Assembly (NCBI GenBank): GCA_964016885.1
Contig: OZ024741.1
Span: 45,322,001 to 45,386,000, forward strand
From: Eledone cirrhosa
Taxonomy: Eukaryota
Length of the DNA stretch: 64,000 nucleotides
Direction: 5' to 3'
Shown here: positions 1-13,239 of the stretch, in pieces
How positions within the stretch are numbered: the stretch's first letter is position 1
Layout: the number at the start of each line of letters is the position of its first letter
The notes under the pieces: generated by a model
Told to the model about the DNA's origin: nothing
Databases searched by the model: none
Seen by the model: only the letters and a program-made list of their open reading frames with translations
Program-made: the position numbers and the translations under genes

Positions 1-77
1 CCTGATGACGTAATGAATTCTCGATTGTTACATTGCGTAACTATCTTTATCCCATTACAGAAACTAATTAGTTGGAG
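1..77 (+). ncRNA. Type I hammerhead ribozyme motif (PLE pseudo-LTR type) with extended helix II, truncated by the window edge
   Basis: CTGATGA (2-8); helix II GTAATG(10-15)/CATTAC(53-58) enclosing an inner GATTGTTAC/GTAACTATC stem; GAAA (60-63); palindromic helix III A-CTAATTAG-T; GTT cleavage triplet; GGAG as the 3' arm of helix I (its 5' arm is mostly outside the window). Confidence 0.6.
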
Positions 78-239
78 TGAAAATTTTAGTAAGTAAGTTA
101 ATTTTTAATTTTTAAAATTTTCTTATTTTACGTCTTTCATATAATTGATCTGAATCCTCCTGCACTAGGTACTATGACATAACTTATGTATTTGCTAGCA
201 TTAGTGTACATCTGTACGCATATGTTGGTAAATATACTA

Positions 240-611
240 ATTCTCTCTCTATATATATATGTATATATATATGTGTATATATATGTATGTATATATATGT
301 GTATATATATATATATATATGTGTATATATGTATGTATGTGTGTGTATATGTGTGTGTGCGTCTGCGTACGTGTATATATTTTTAAATCGATCGACTTTC
401 GTCAAATCGGACGGAGGAAACAATGTTTCTATCGGTCTTTCCAGTTGCTAATACTATCTATCGGTCGCAACTCCAGGTAGAAGGAGCAACGTGAAATAAA
501 ATGTCTTGCTCAAGGACATAACGCATCGACCGGTCCAGGACTCGAACCCACAACCTCAAGATTGTGAATCCAATTCTCTAACCACTCAGCCACACGCCTT
601 CACTACACGTG

Positions 612-676
<65 letters not shown>

Positions 677-771
677 GTATATGTGTATATATATATGTGT
701 GTATATGAGTATATATGTATGTGTGTATGTATGTATATGTATGTATATGTATGTGTGTGTGTATATATATA

Positions 772-858
<87 letters not shown>

Positions 859-939
859 GTGTATGTGTGTGTATACATTTATATGTGTATATGTATATAT
901 GTTTGTGTGTGTGTATATATATGTATATGTATATGTATG

Positions 940-973
<34 letters not shown>

Positions 974-980
974 TGTATGT
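240..980. repeat. Compound (TA)n/(TG)n/(TATG)n microsatellites, representative of many such tracts across 1-22.3 kb
   Basis: Directly visible di- and tetranucleotide runs; they produce the spurious YIYI/VCVC ORFs. Confidence 0.97.
385..603 (-). mobile_element. tRNA-derived SINE, near full length
   Basis: Minus strand has an A-box-like TGGCTGAGTGGTT and B-box GGTTCGAGTCC, then the body TGTCCTTGAGCAAGACA..TTTCACGTTGCTCC; homologous copies at 5184-5408 and 8184-8300. Confidence 0.85.
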
Positions 981-1586
981 CAGGTCACCAGTTGGTGCTA
1001 CTGGTAACATGTATCCCAGTACAACCTGTCTCATGGTCGGGTCGTTGGCGACTAAACTGGCAATCCCACCAAGGTTTCTTGGTGAGGAGGGTGACTTTGG
1101 ACATCCTGCGGGACTAAAAACGAAACCTGTCAAAGGGAAAAGGAGCTCTTAAGAGTCAATGGCCATCCAAAATCACCGGGAGAGATGACCCCTTAGCCTT
1201 TGTCAAGGCAGAATTCTAGGAGAAGGAAAACTCTCATATAACACCTGCAACTCTGATGGTATCCAATGATGTTGACTTGTTCTTCTTTTTGGTAAATATC
1301 ATCTTGGTTAAGAGAGTGGGACTGGCTTTGTGCAGTGCCTTTGCTCACTATAAAAGCTTCACGGCACAGGTATTGCTTTACATCTGGTGATCTCTCTGAA
1401 CTTGTCGTCACATGGTACCATGGGCCCAACACTATGTGTCAATAATTATCACAAGTGTAGTGTTTGTACCAGAGTTTTCAAGTCGATGGCTGGACTAAAA
1501 AGTCACACTTGTTTAGCGCATCGGCAGGGGTTCTCCTACATGGATGTAAAGTAGTGGCCGTACTCGAAAACGAGTTGGCAGCCACC
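979..1586 (+). mobile_element. ~610-bp non-coding interspersed element, copy 1 (possibly a non-autonomous RTE-related element)
   Basis: High similarity to 1681-2281; sharp ends at (TATG)/(TA) tracts; contains CTAGGAGAAGGAAAACTCT..ACCTGC, which resembles an RTE 5'-UTR motif from memory. Confidence 0.6.
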
Positions 1587-1680
1587 ATATATATATGTAT
1601 GTACATATATATGTATATATATATGTATGTATGTATATATATATGTATGTATGTATGTATGTATATACATATTCGCGTAT

Positions 1681-2281
1681 GTCAGGTCACCAGTTGGTGC
1701 TACTGGTAACATGTATCCCAGTACAACCTGTCTCATAGTCGGGTCGTTGGCGACTAAATTGGCAACCCAACCAAAGCTTCTTGGTGAGGAGGGTGACTTT
1801 GGACATCCTGCAGGACTAAAAACAAAATCTGTCAAAGGAGCTCTTAAGAGCCAATGGCCATCCAAAATCACCGGGAGAGATGACCCCTTAGCCTTTGTCA
1901 GGGCAGAATTCTAGGAGAAGGAAAACTCTGATATAAGACCTGCAACCCTGATGGTATCCAATGATGTTGACTTGTTCTTCTTTTTGGTAAATATCATCTT
2001 GGTTAAGAGAGTGGGACTGGCTTTGTGCAGTGCCTTTGCTCACTATAAAAGCTTCACGGCACAGGCATTGCTTTATATCTGGAGATCTCTTTGCTCTTGT
2101 TGTTACATGGTACCATGGGCCCAGCACTATGTGTCAATAATTGTCGAAAGTGTAGTGTTTGTACCAGAGTTTACAAGTTGCTGGCTGGACTAAAAAGTCA
2201 CACTCGTTCAGCGCATCGGTAGGGGTTCTCCTACATGGATATAAAGTAGTGGCCGTACTCGGAAACGAGTTGGCAGCCACC
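1681..2281 (+). mobile_element. ~610-bp element, copy 2
   Basis: Same start GTCAGGTCACCAGTTGGTGC and end GAGTTGGCAGCCACC as copy 1. Confidence 0.6.
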
Positions 2282-2344
2282 ATGTATATATATAAGTATG
2301 TATGTATATATGTATGTATGTATATATGTATATATATATGTATG

Positions 2345-2378
<34 letters not shown>

Positions 2379-2418
2379 TGTATGTATGTATGTATGTATG
2401 TATGTATGTATGTATGTA

Positions 2419-2601
2419 TGTCGTCACATGGTACCATGGGCCCAGCACTGTGTGTCAATAATTGTTACAGGTGTAGTGTTTGTACCAGAGTTTTCATGTC
2501 GCAGGCTGGACAAACAGTCACACTCGTTCAGCGCATCGGTAGGGGTTCTCCTACATGGATATAAAGTAGTGGCCGTAGTCGGAAACGAGTTGGCAGCCAT
2601 C
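2419..2601 (+). mobile_element. ~610-bp element, 5'-truncated copy 3
   Basis: Matches the last ~180 bp of copies 1 and 2 (GTCGTCACATGGTACCATGGGCCC...GAGTTGGCAGCCA). Confidence 0.6.
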
Positions 2602-2632
2602 ATATGTATATATATATATATATATGTCTATG

Positions 2633-2689
<57 letters not shown>

Positions 2690-2704
2690 GTATATATATG
2701 TATT

Positions 2705-2785
<81 letters not shown>

Positions 2786-2869
2786 GTGTGTATGTGTATG
2801 TGGGTGTGTCTATGGGTGCGCGCGAGTCTATGAGTGCGTGTGTTTTGTGAATGTGTCAGTTGATTTTGG

Positions 2870-3400
2870 CATATAGTTGAATAGTTTAAGAGAAATTTGA
2901 GGACAATAGTAAGATATGCACTCAATATTTTGAATTTGTCCACAGAATTCTCTAAACCTTGTCACTTAGTAAAGAATTTAGCTTTTAAAGAATCTCCCTT
3001 TCCTTTAAATCTATCTACCATGACTGACCCCCACTGATTTTATAGACACCTGTTAGTTTCATAAGGATTGGCATGCCATCTTGAACCTGTTTATAGAATT
3101 ATTTCTGCCTTTGTTACACTAAAAATAAAAATAAACTATAGCTTTGTAGAATTAGCTTCTAATGAATTGTGTCAACCAATGACCTACACCCATCCCACTC
3201 CCCACCCTCTCCTACCACTTGTAGAGACCTATATATACCATAATTATTTTTTGATACCCAGATTCCTGATAATTTCTGAAGAATGAAACAGTTCTAGTCC
3301 TGTAGAATCTCATCTATATTAAAACTGTTATACTCTGCTATGTGTTGAGTACCTTACTTACTGTGGTTACCTCCGATTCAACCCGGAATAACGTATATAT
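2870..3400 (+). mobile_element. Degenerate PLE 3' end with pseudo-LTR
   Basis: Translation remnant NILNLSTEFSKPCHLVKNLAFK resembles the PLE C-terminus (LLNNRIERSLYCNHRLK in the 17.6-kb element); a hammerhead follows at 3260. Confidence 0.45.
3260..3310 (+). ncRNA. Type I hammerhead ribozyme motif with variant core CUGAUAA
   Basis: Helix I AGATTC/GAATCT (6 perfect bp); CTGATAA; helix II TTTC-tgaa-GAAT; GAAA; helix III CAG/CTG; GTA cleavage triplet. Confidence 0.65.
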
Positions 3401-3865
3401 ATATATTCGATTTGTGATATTTTGTATTCTTACAATAATATACACAACTGAACTAATATAGGGGTTGCCTCCCTTGCTGATCCCCACGTCTTCCCCTGTA
3501 TTATTGAACTAAAAGCCTGTTGAAAAAGCGATTTCCTTGTTCATCATCTTACCAGAAGCCGGACATGTTTTATGTAGGTGGACGGTACCTGATTTCGGAG
3601 TCGCAGAAACCCAAATGATGGATTTTACCACCTTTTCAGGGGGTCCGGGTAGATGTTTCAATCATGTATATTTTTATTTGTTTGACCCGAATTACTTGAT
3701 GGTATTTTTTGGCTGTGCGAATGATTGTTTAAACATCGTCTCAGTGTGTTTGGTATTAAACGTTAGTTATAGCTCTGGTTAATCCGAACCATTGAGCATT
3801 TTGCCACACATTTCGGAGATTGTTTTTCGTTATTTCGTGGGCCGAAGTTCCGATTCTCGATAATT

Positions 3866-3962
<97 letters not shown>

Positions 3963-4381
3963 CATACATATATATATATATACAAAGATATCATTATAAA
4001 GGAGGCAGGGGTGTCCTTAACTTCTTTTACTTAGAAGGTACTCCCTTTAAGTATACATTGTTTTATTGAAAACTTAGTAACACAATTAGGGATTATAGGA
4101 TAATCTTTAAATATACTGAATGTTTCTATGTTGTTATGTTTTTGGTTGTATGTTATTGATACAAGCTAACTCGACACTATATGATGTAAAATAAATCCAA
4201 TGCTGTAACCACACAGTAATGTGCCATCGCCCTTGATAGATATTTATATATATATATATATATATATACATCAGTGTCAAGGAGAGGGACCGCTGTTATA
4301 CATGGCAACTGATGGTCACACACACACAAACACACACACGCACACACATACACACATACACACACACACACACTCACACAT

Positions 4382-4435
<54 letters not shown>

Positions 4436-4789
4436 TTACAAAATAGTGACTGACATACATATATATGTAATGATATACACGTACAATAGAACATATCAAC
4501 TTCAACTGGAAATAATCTACATAGAATGTATGAACAGATGGTTCTTTCGGTATCATATTAAAATTTAACAAACATTTAAAGTATAGATACGAGATTTAAA
4601 AAATATATAATATTTCTCCTTTGTATGTATTCTTCAGAAATAATGAATACGATTATCCAAAGATATAAGTGCAGTTAGATGATCGATCTGGAGCATCAGT
4701 AAAAGAGAATCGATCCATCTGAACTCACGCGAAAAATACAGAAGAACAACGAAAAAAAGGACATGGTGTTATAAAAAAAAAAATATACA

Positions 4790-4828
<39 letters not shown>

Positions 4829-4982
4829 ATAATAATAAATGTGAAGACTAAGATCAAAAAGAGGGCTCGATAAGTTTCAGAAGATCCCGTTAAGGGTGAA
4901 AGCAGCGATTCTTTGCTTAAACTTTAATCTGTTATTTTAATAAATAAATATATATATATGTGTGTGTGTGTGCGTGTGTGTA

Positions 4983-5051
<69 letters not shown>

Positions 5052-5115
5052 ATATATATATATACATGTATATATATATGTATATATATATGTATATATA
5101 TATATATATATATAG

Positions 5116-5183
<68 letters not shown>

Positions 5184-5408
5184 GTGAAGGCGCGTGGTTA
5201 GAGAATTAGATTTGCCATCGTGATTGAGTTGTGAGTTCGGTTGTGAGTTCGGTTCCCAAGTCGGTCGATGTGTTATGTCCTTGAACAACACACTTTATTT
5301 CACGGTGCTCTTTCTACCTGGCGTTGCGACCGATAGAGAGTATTAGCTATTTGAAAGACCAATGGAAACATTATTTGCTCGGTCCGATTTGACGAAAGTC
5401 GATCGAAT
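5184..5408 (+). mobile_element. tRNA-derived SINE (same family as 385-603)
   Basis: Aligns over its length to the reverse complement of 385-603 (GTGAAGGCG..TGTCCTTGA..GACGAAAGTCGATCGA). Confidence 0.85.
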
Positions 5409-5557
5409 ATCGATATATGTATATTAAAATAACAGAGTCTAAACAAAGAATCGCCGCTTTCACCCTTTGGTCTAGTAGGGTTCTTATATATTTGATATAT
5501 ATTTATCTTTATCGAGCCCTCATTGGATGTTAGTTATCACATTTATTATTATTACTA

Positions 5558-5589
<32 letters not shown>

Positions 5590-5721
5590 CTTATACATAT
5601 ATAACGACGGAGTGCTCTTGTATATATATATAGCGAATGAAAAGTGGTAAGGAACCAGGTGGACCATAACGCACCAAAGTACTCAATACTTAGGGTAGTA
5701 GAGTGGGTAATAGGAGTAAGT

Positions 5722-5762
5722 AAGACCCCGACGGCTGAGCTCAAGCCGTTTCGACGGCTAAT
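5722..5762 (-). ncRNA. 3' half of a hammerhead motif (5' half lost to a microsatellite)
   Basis: Minus strand reads TAGCCGTC-GAAA-CGGCT-tgagctc-AGCCG-TC-GGGGTC: GAAA, a 5-bp helix III and a GUC triplet; no upstream CTGANGA. Confidence 0.4.
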
Positions 5763-6039
5763 TCTGTACTATATATATGTATATATATATATATATATAT
5801 ACGTATATATATAAATATATATAACGACTGAGTGCTCTTATATGTATATATACACCTATATAAGAGCAATCCCTCTTTTTGGACGAGTGCTCCAGTTGAT
5901 TTAATAACTTGAACTGCCTGTTCCTGAAATGAAAGTGTAAGAAGCAGAACATTCCTGTGACATGAGCCCCGTTAAGGGAGGTCTCAGGGAGATCAAGAAT
6001 GGGACAATATGTCACAGTGCCGTCACTATACATTAAATG

Positions 6040-6172
6040 TACAATTGAGTGGACAGGAGCAACATGAAATAAAGTTTCTTGCTGAAAGACACGCCATGCC
6101 ACACGGTCGGAGAATCGAAAACGAGACCTTGCGATCGAGATTCGAAAACCTTAACCACTAAACCATGCGCCA
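6040..6172 (-). mobile_element. tRNA-derived SINE 5' portion
   Basis: Minus strand GGCGCATGGTTTAGTGGTTAAG (A box) ... GTTTTCGATTC (B-box-like) ... CAAGAAACTTTATTTCATGTTGCTCC. Confidence 0.7.
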
Positions 6173-6173
6173 T

Positions 6174-6313
<140 letters not shown>

Positions 6314-6344
6314 CGTGTCTTTATAATACAAACATACACATATG

Positions 6345-6420
<76 letters not shown>

Positions 6421-6426
<6 letters not shown>

Positions 6427-7001
6427 ATACGTACATATATATATGTGTGCATGTATTAATGTATATACATACTAGCGTGCGTCTGTATACATATATGTAT
6501 GTACGTATACATATTTATATTTAAGTATCAGCCGTACTAAGAGTGAGAAATGAAATTTCATTTTTTCCATTTATCGTTTTCGGTACACCCGGCCAACTAA
6601 CTCAATTGATATGCAAATTAGGCTGCTCAGCCGTTAATATGCATAAGGAAATTATATACTTTCAAACGTTCAATCAACTGACAGGAAGGTATGCGATGCT
6701 GATGACAGCTAATAAGCTAGATACTAGTTCATCGTTCCTTAGTCAGTGTTGAACAAAAGGGCACCGATGGTTGCCGAACACTGTACGGCTAATAATTCGG
6801 GCTGTTTGTTTACAAAGAAACCGAGGATTATAATAAATGTTCGGTAAACCCATACGTACATATATATATATATATATATGTGCATGTATGTATGTATATA
6901 CATACTACTGTATGTCTGTATACATATATGTATGTACGTATACATACTTATATTTAACTATCAGCCGTACTAAGAGTGAGAAACGAAATTTCATTTTTTC
7001 C

Positions 7002-7006
<5 letters not shown>
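6421..7006 (+). repeat. ~155-bp direct repeat pair (6421-6574 and 6847-7006) flanking a hammerhead-containing segment
   Basis: Both copies read AAACCCATACGTACAT...TATCAGCCGTACTAAGAGTGAGAAA.GAAATTTCATTTTTTCCATTTAT. Confidence 0.85.
6694..6734 (+). ncRNA. Minimal type I hammerhead motif (GAAA mutated to GATA)
   Basis: CGATG-CTGATGA-cAGCT-aata-AGCTa-GATA-CTAG-TT-CATCG: perfect helix I, 4-bp helix II, palindromic helix III typical of PLE hammerheads. Confidence 0.65.
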
Positions 7007-7038
<32 letters not shown>

Positions 7039-7101
7039 CAAGCATATATACATACTTAACTACACATATGTGTATGTTTGTTTTATAACCACACACGCAT
7101 A

Positions 7102-7232
<131 letters not shown>

Positions 7233-8183
7233 TAGAGCGAAACGCCGACTTTATAACGATTTTGCAGTTAAAGTGGCTTATGCACATGGTGATAGATAGA
7301 CAGGCAAATAGATAACATGACGAAGATAGATGAACAGACGAAATCATCCGATATTAGTATTATTTCCTGACCAACGAGGCATTAGGTTGACATCTGATCA
7401 CAATAGTTGATAGCTCCACATCTGTACAATTGAAACATCGAGATTTCATTGCTTTCCCAATATTTACGAACAGCAAGAGAACTGTTTTGTAAATTTGACG
7501 TAAATGAAACTATCGTTTCAATATGTAAACACCCTGGAGAAATATATAAATGCCATGACTTTGAAACTCTCGTTCTCCCATTACAGACACCATATAAAAG
7601 AGAAAAATAAATCAATATTTTGTATCTATAAAAGTATGTATGAAAGAACCCGCATTAAAACAGAATGAGAAATATGTGGATGATATAAAGTGAGAATATT
7701 GATGTGTGACTTTCGTGTTGTGTCATAATCTCTTTACTTGAATCTCAGGTGACGAAATAACCTAGACGTTAAATTTTCCGTTGAAAACGTGACATATAGA
7801 GTTGGCAGTTTAGAAGAGAAATAGCAAATCAGCCTCTCCTTAAAAACTCTTAAAGGAGAGTATCTTGGTTGTAATATGTGTTGAAGCATTCAGTCAGAGA
7901 GAAAGTGAATATGGATTAAAAAATACTACATAAATGGGGAAACATGTGAAAAAGAGAGTGTGATATATTTGTAAGTAGACAGTACGCGATGTGAGAGTTC
8001 CTCTCTGAGAGACAAGCTTGGTTTTAATGTATTGCGGAAGCCATGAAGTAGCTCCTGCATGCAAAATAATTTTCAACATGCCAGCGATGTTTTCAAAGGA
8101 ATGTCAAATACGGATACAGCTTAACACGAGTGGTGGCCCATAAAAACAGAGAGCGCACCATATATATCTATCTATATATATAA

Positions 8184-8298
8184 GGATCGATCGACTTTCA
8201 TCAAATCGGACCGAGGAAACAATGTTTCCGTTGGTTTTTCCAGTTGCTAGTACTATCTATCGGTCGCAACTCCATGTAGAAGGAGCAACGTGAAATAA

Positions 8299-8300
<2 letters not shown>
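8184..8300 (-). mobile_element. SINE 3' fragment (family of 385-603)
   Basis: Near-identical to 388-500. Confidence 0.8.
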
Positions 8301-8377
<77 letters not shown>

Positions 8378-8389
8378 TGAGAGAGTGAA

Positions 8390-8493
<104 letters not shown>

Positions 8494-8901
8494 CAGTATA
8501 TAAACAAATGGAAACTATATTTATAAAACCATATTTCAAGGACACCAAAGCAAATTATGGTGCGCTTTTATCAGATAAAATATAATATAGATCAGTTTTA
8601 TAAACAGTTTTATAAACAAATATTGAATATACCCTTAAAGAATGCGACCATGTCGATTGGAAGCTCCCGGATAGTGGGGTTACTAATTGTATTATTGGTC
8701 TATTATGCAAATTAGTGTCGGAGAGGTTTAAATACCAGTACATTTAAATTAAGCCGTTGGAATAGGGAAAAAAAGAAAAAGAAAAAGAAAAAGAAAGAGC
8801 AAACCCAAAGAAGGAAAACAAAAGAAAGAGAAAGAGAGAAAACCTTAAGTGAGAGAGTGTTGTATTAACGTAATTTATGAGATGATGAAGCGTAAATAAA
8901 T

Positions 8902-9075
8902 ATATAGTGGATGAATTACGCGGAGTAAATAAAGCGTGGATAAATAAATAAATATTAATAACCGGAGAATTGTATCTAATGTTTAAATTTGATTAAATGT
9001 TTAATTCATCAATTAAATATGTCAATTAAATTATTGAGATCTATATATTATTAAAATAATATATATACATATATA

Positions 9076-9142
<67 letters not shown>

Positions 9143-9210
9143 TATAATATATATATATATATATTATAATATATATATATTTATATTATAATATATATAT
9201 ATATATATAT

Positions 9211-9254
<44 letters not shown>

Positions 9255-9520
9255 ATATATATATATATATATTATAATATATATATATATATATTATAAT
9301 ATATATATATATATAATATATATAGTGGATGAATTACGCGGAGTAAACAAAGCGTGGATAAATAAATAAATATTAATAACCGGAGAATTTTATCTAATGT
9401 TTAAATTTGATTAAATGTTTAATTTATCAATTAAATATGTCAATTAAATTATTGAGATATATAAATTAATAATTAAAAATTGAGATCTATATATTATTAA
9501 AATAATATATATACATATAT
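8902..9520 (+). repeat. ~170-bp direct duplication (8902-9075 and 9321-9520) separated by a (TA)n tract with interspersed TTATAA
   Basis: TATAGTGGATGAATTACGCGGAGTAAA..ACCGGAGAATT..TGAGAT present twice. Confidence 0.85.
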
Positions 9521-9628
9521 ATTAATATATATATATATATATTATAATATATATATATATATATTATAATATATATATATATATTATAATATATATATAT
9601 ATATATTATAATATATATATATATATAT

Positions 9629-9799
<171 letters not shown>

Positions 9800-10954
9800 A
9801 AAAAATATTATTAAAATATATGTTATTATTACATAACCATATATAAATTTATTATTAATCATCAACCAACAATTAATTATTAATTTTTCAATTTATTATC
9901 AATAAAAAATGATAAGAAATAATAAAAAATAAAAAATGTTATGTTTAAAATATAGGAATGTTTCTAAACCCATGGAAATTCAAAGATTTTACCGAAGATT
10001 AATCTCTTCTTCGTAATAGCAATACAGCGTGAAGGAAATTAAGTGATTTATTTGTAATTTAGATAGCTCTAAGGATTAGATGTTATAAAAAAAGATGATA
10101 AAAAAAAGTTAAGATTATAAAAAAATCTTATATTATTTTATAGTAAGTTATAATTTTATAAATTTTATATTTTATAAATCCACCTGTTATACAGTTGTGA
10201 CTGTTAAAATATAAGTTTGTTTACTATAACGTCTTAATGTTTAAAGTTTTTTCATAAGAATACATCTAAAGCATAAACCGTAAAAAACCTTTTATACGAG
10301 TTCATTCATAGAATGTATTCAAATTATACATTTTGATATATATACATATACATACACAGACATACATACATGTATACATATATATAGACATACACATATA
10401 TAGATACATATATATATATACATACATATACACACATATATATACATATATACACATATATATATATAAATACAAAATACATAATATAAAATAAAATGAG
10501 TTATAATTTTAAAAAGGATTATAATTTTAATTTTAAAAGGAATTACAATTTTAAAAAATATAATTATATAATTTTAAAAGGAATTATAATTTTTAAGCAA
10601 TATAATTTTTAAGCAATATATTTTTTAAAATATATATAAGAATATATAGAAAAAACACGGTATAAAATATGAATTATAATTTTTTATATCCATCAGAGGA
10701 ATTACAAAAAAAAACCCTTTTTTTTTAGAAACTTTCAGTATGTTTGTCTTAATTTTGTATACCCATAAGAGAAATTTTCAAAAAAGAAATTTTCAAATAA
10801 TCCCTATTTTTTTAAACTTTCAATGTGTTTATCTAGAAGAATTTTCAAGGAAAAAATTTAAGGAAAATATTTTTCATTTAAGAGAGTTTTAGGCAGTCGT
10901 GTGATGGAATCTAATGATTTATCGATAGGTTTAATACGATGAGTTATATATTAC

Positions 10955-12700
10955 ATTTTAAATTTGTATTTAAAAGTTGAATTTAATCTATGTTTGCAGC
11001 AACTGAAAAGATTGTTCCTTAAATTCACAGAATTTTTGCTTTTTAATATAAAGAATATTTCTTCTATACAAAGAGCACAATTTCAAAAGAAGCATTGAAT
11101 AGAGGTGCTTTGGAGATAATATTCCAAAGTAAAGAATAGTTAATGTTCTTTGATTTTAGGTCCCATAGTAAGCTAGATAGAGAAGTTGAAGATTTTTTAT
11201 TTATATTCGTAAAAGAGCATTTATGGTTATTAAAACGAGATTTAAAGTCTGTGGAAGTAGAACCTACATAATTAAATGAATTTAAATTAGTTTTTACATT
11301 ACAATTATATACTATATTTTTAGCTAAACAGTTGTTATTTAACGGACAGTTAGAATTATTTCTAGTTACATTTATCAAAATTCAAGTTACTAGGAGCTGT
11401 ATTATTAAATTGGATATTGCTGGGGTTGTTAATGGTATTCTGGTTAGGTTTTAAGTTTCTATTATTAATTCTATTAATATTCTGCGCTAAATTACTGGTG
11501 GTTGAATAAGTTAATTTTATAGTATGTCTATTAAATATTGAGTAATATTGAGTGTTCTACGGAAGCATTTGTCAAGAGCTTTAAAGAATAGTTTAGCAAT
11601 AGGCGTTTTAATATTTAATGAGAAAGTAGGAGCGAACCATAATATATTCCTAGTTCTATTTCTTTTTTGTTTTTCGAATTATTGTAAGGTTTTCTATTAT
11701 AGTTGTTAAAATTATGGTTAGTTGTTATATTATTATTATCACTGTATTTAATGTTATTACTATATCCTAACGATTCGTTGTAATACTGTGCTTTATCATC
11801 AAAAATATTCTTATTAGCTGAAATTCTAGAAATGCGTTGCTGTACAGAATTTATATAGTATTTTTAACGGATCTAGGGTGATTGGAGTTAAAATTAACGT
11901 AGTTTAAGTTCTCGTTTAATTTGTGAAATGTATAATAAAAACATGTGTTAAGGTTTAAGGTTACATCTAGAAAGTTAACTATTTTATAATTATTTTCCTA
12001 TGTAGAGTATTATTTATAAAAAGACCCACAAGATCCGTCTTTAAACCATTCGATAACTTCGTTAGTTCCTTTCCATAATATTAAATAAGATAATTCCTTA
12101 ATTTGTGGTATTATTCTGTCTAAAATGTTCTTGCTAAGTATACCAAGGTCCGATTTAGATGGTGCAATTAATCTAACTGGTAAGTCAATTTCAAAGTTCC
12201 TTTTGTGGTCCTTCATATTAATTTTTGGTTTCCTTGGCATGAAGGGTTGTGTCCTATTTTCAATGCCTAATTCCTGCATTATGTAAGAGGCGTCTGTATT
12301 CAATTTTTCAAGGTCGTCATTAGTTGTTATTTTGTATTTCTTCCTTAATTCCTTTAATATGAGATCGTTATAAATATCCTTTTGCATCCCATAAAGATTA
12401 TTGGTTTTATCTGACTTGACTAGAATTTTTTCCGTTTTCTCCAAGTTTTCAATATTATTTTTGAGATTTCTTAAGTAATCCTGGCCTAGGAAGTTTTTTT
12501 TTTTTAATTTAATGCTTTGAATGATAGAGTTGATTTCATTTTCAAAATCCATTAGTTGTTCGTTGGAAGGTGGGTTTTTTTAGATTTGAAGATTCTATCA
12601 AGATTGGAAATATTCTCTTTTACATCAGATTTATCGAAGTGGAAAGCACGCCATCTGATTCTTCTTATAAATGAGTCTGATTTTTCTATTAATTGTTGTA
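10955..12700 (-). pseudogene. PLE RT/GIY-YIG ORF, frameshifted and lacking the RT catalytic core
   Basis: Fragments LIEKSDSFIRRIRWRAF, KSDKTNNLY, KDHK..VRLIAPSKSDLGILSKNILDRI, VNFLDVTLNL, CPLNNNC, IVYNC..YVGSTSTDFKSRFNNHK (GIY-YIG); collinear with the 17643 ORF. Confidence 0.9.
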
Positions 12701-12839
12701 TAATGAAATAAATATGGTTTTATAAATATAGTTTCCATTTGTTAATATATTGTATTTTTACTCCAATAATTTGTTGAGTGCTTTATATTAGTTATAACAA
12801 TATTTGCTTGTTGTATCCCAACAAATTAAACATAGCTTC

Positions 12840-12874
<35 letters not shown>

Positions 12875-12936
12875 AGAAAAGAGGAAATCGAAAATGCAAC
12901 TGGAGTCTGTTTTAAAAAAAATATATTTATTTGGTT

Positions 12937-12974
12937 CCTTTACCGGTTTCGCAGTTCTTGTGCTTTTCAAAAGT
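12937..12974 (-). ncRNA. Degenerate hammerhead motif
   Basis: Minus strand ACTT-TTGAAAA-GCA-caagaac-TGC-GAAA-CCGG-TA-AAGG; two core mismatches versus CUGANGA. Confidence 0.35.
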
Positions 12975-13023
12975 AGAATTGAGATGAAGGGTTTGTGGTT
13001 TTTCGCACCTATATATATATATT

Positions 13024-13082
<59 letters not shown>

Positions 13083-13205
13083 TCATATATATATAGATGT
13101 GTGTGTGTGTGTGTGTGTTTGAAGAGTAAACGAAAAGAACGAACCAACAGTAGAGTGTTATGATGATATATGTTACTTTAAAGCTTAATATAGTATGAAA
13201 ACAAC

Positions 13206-13239
13206 CTTAACATTTCGGATGCTAGAACTTCATCAAAAG
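13206..13239 (-). ncRNA. Degenerate minimal hammerhead motif
   Basis: Minus strand CTT-TTGATGA-agttctagcatcc-GAAA-TG-TT-AAG; helix II eroded. Confidence 0.3.

Noticed and set aside
505-603. tRNA gene
   Set aside because: A and B boxes are present but there is no intact cloverleaf, and it is fused to a repeated SINE body.
2195-2281. HDV-like ribozyme at the end of the 610-bp element (minus strand GGTGGCTG..CGGCCACT, ACTCGTT/AACGAGT)
   Set aside because: P3, P1.1 and the catalytic J4/2 cannot be assigned; a simple hairpin explains it.
10680-10705. Possible hammerhead (minus strand CCT-CTGATGG) downstream of the minus-strand PLE
   Set aside because: No recognisable GAAA or helix III at a suitable distance.
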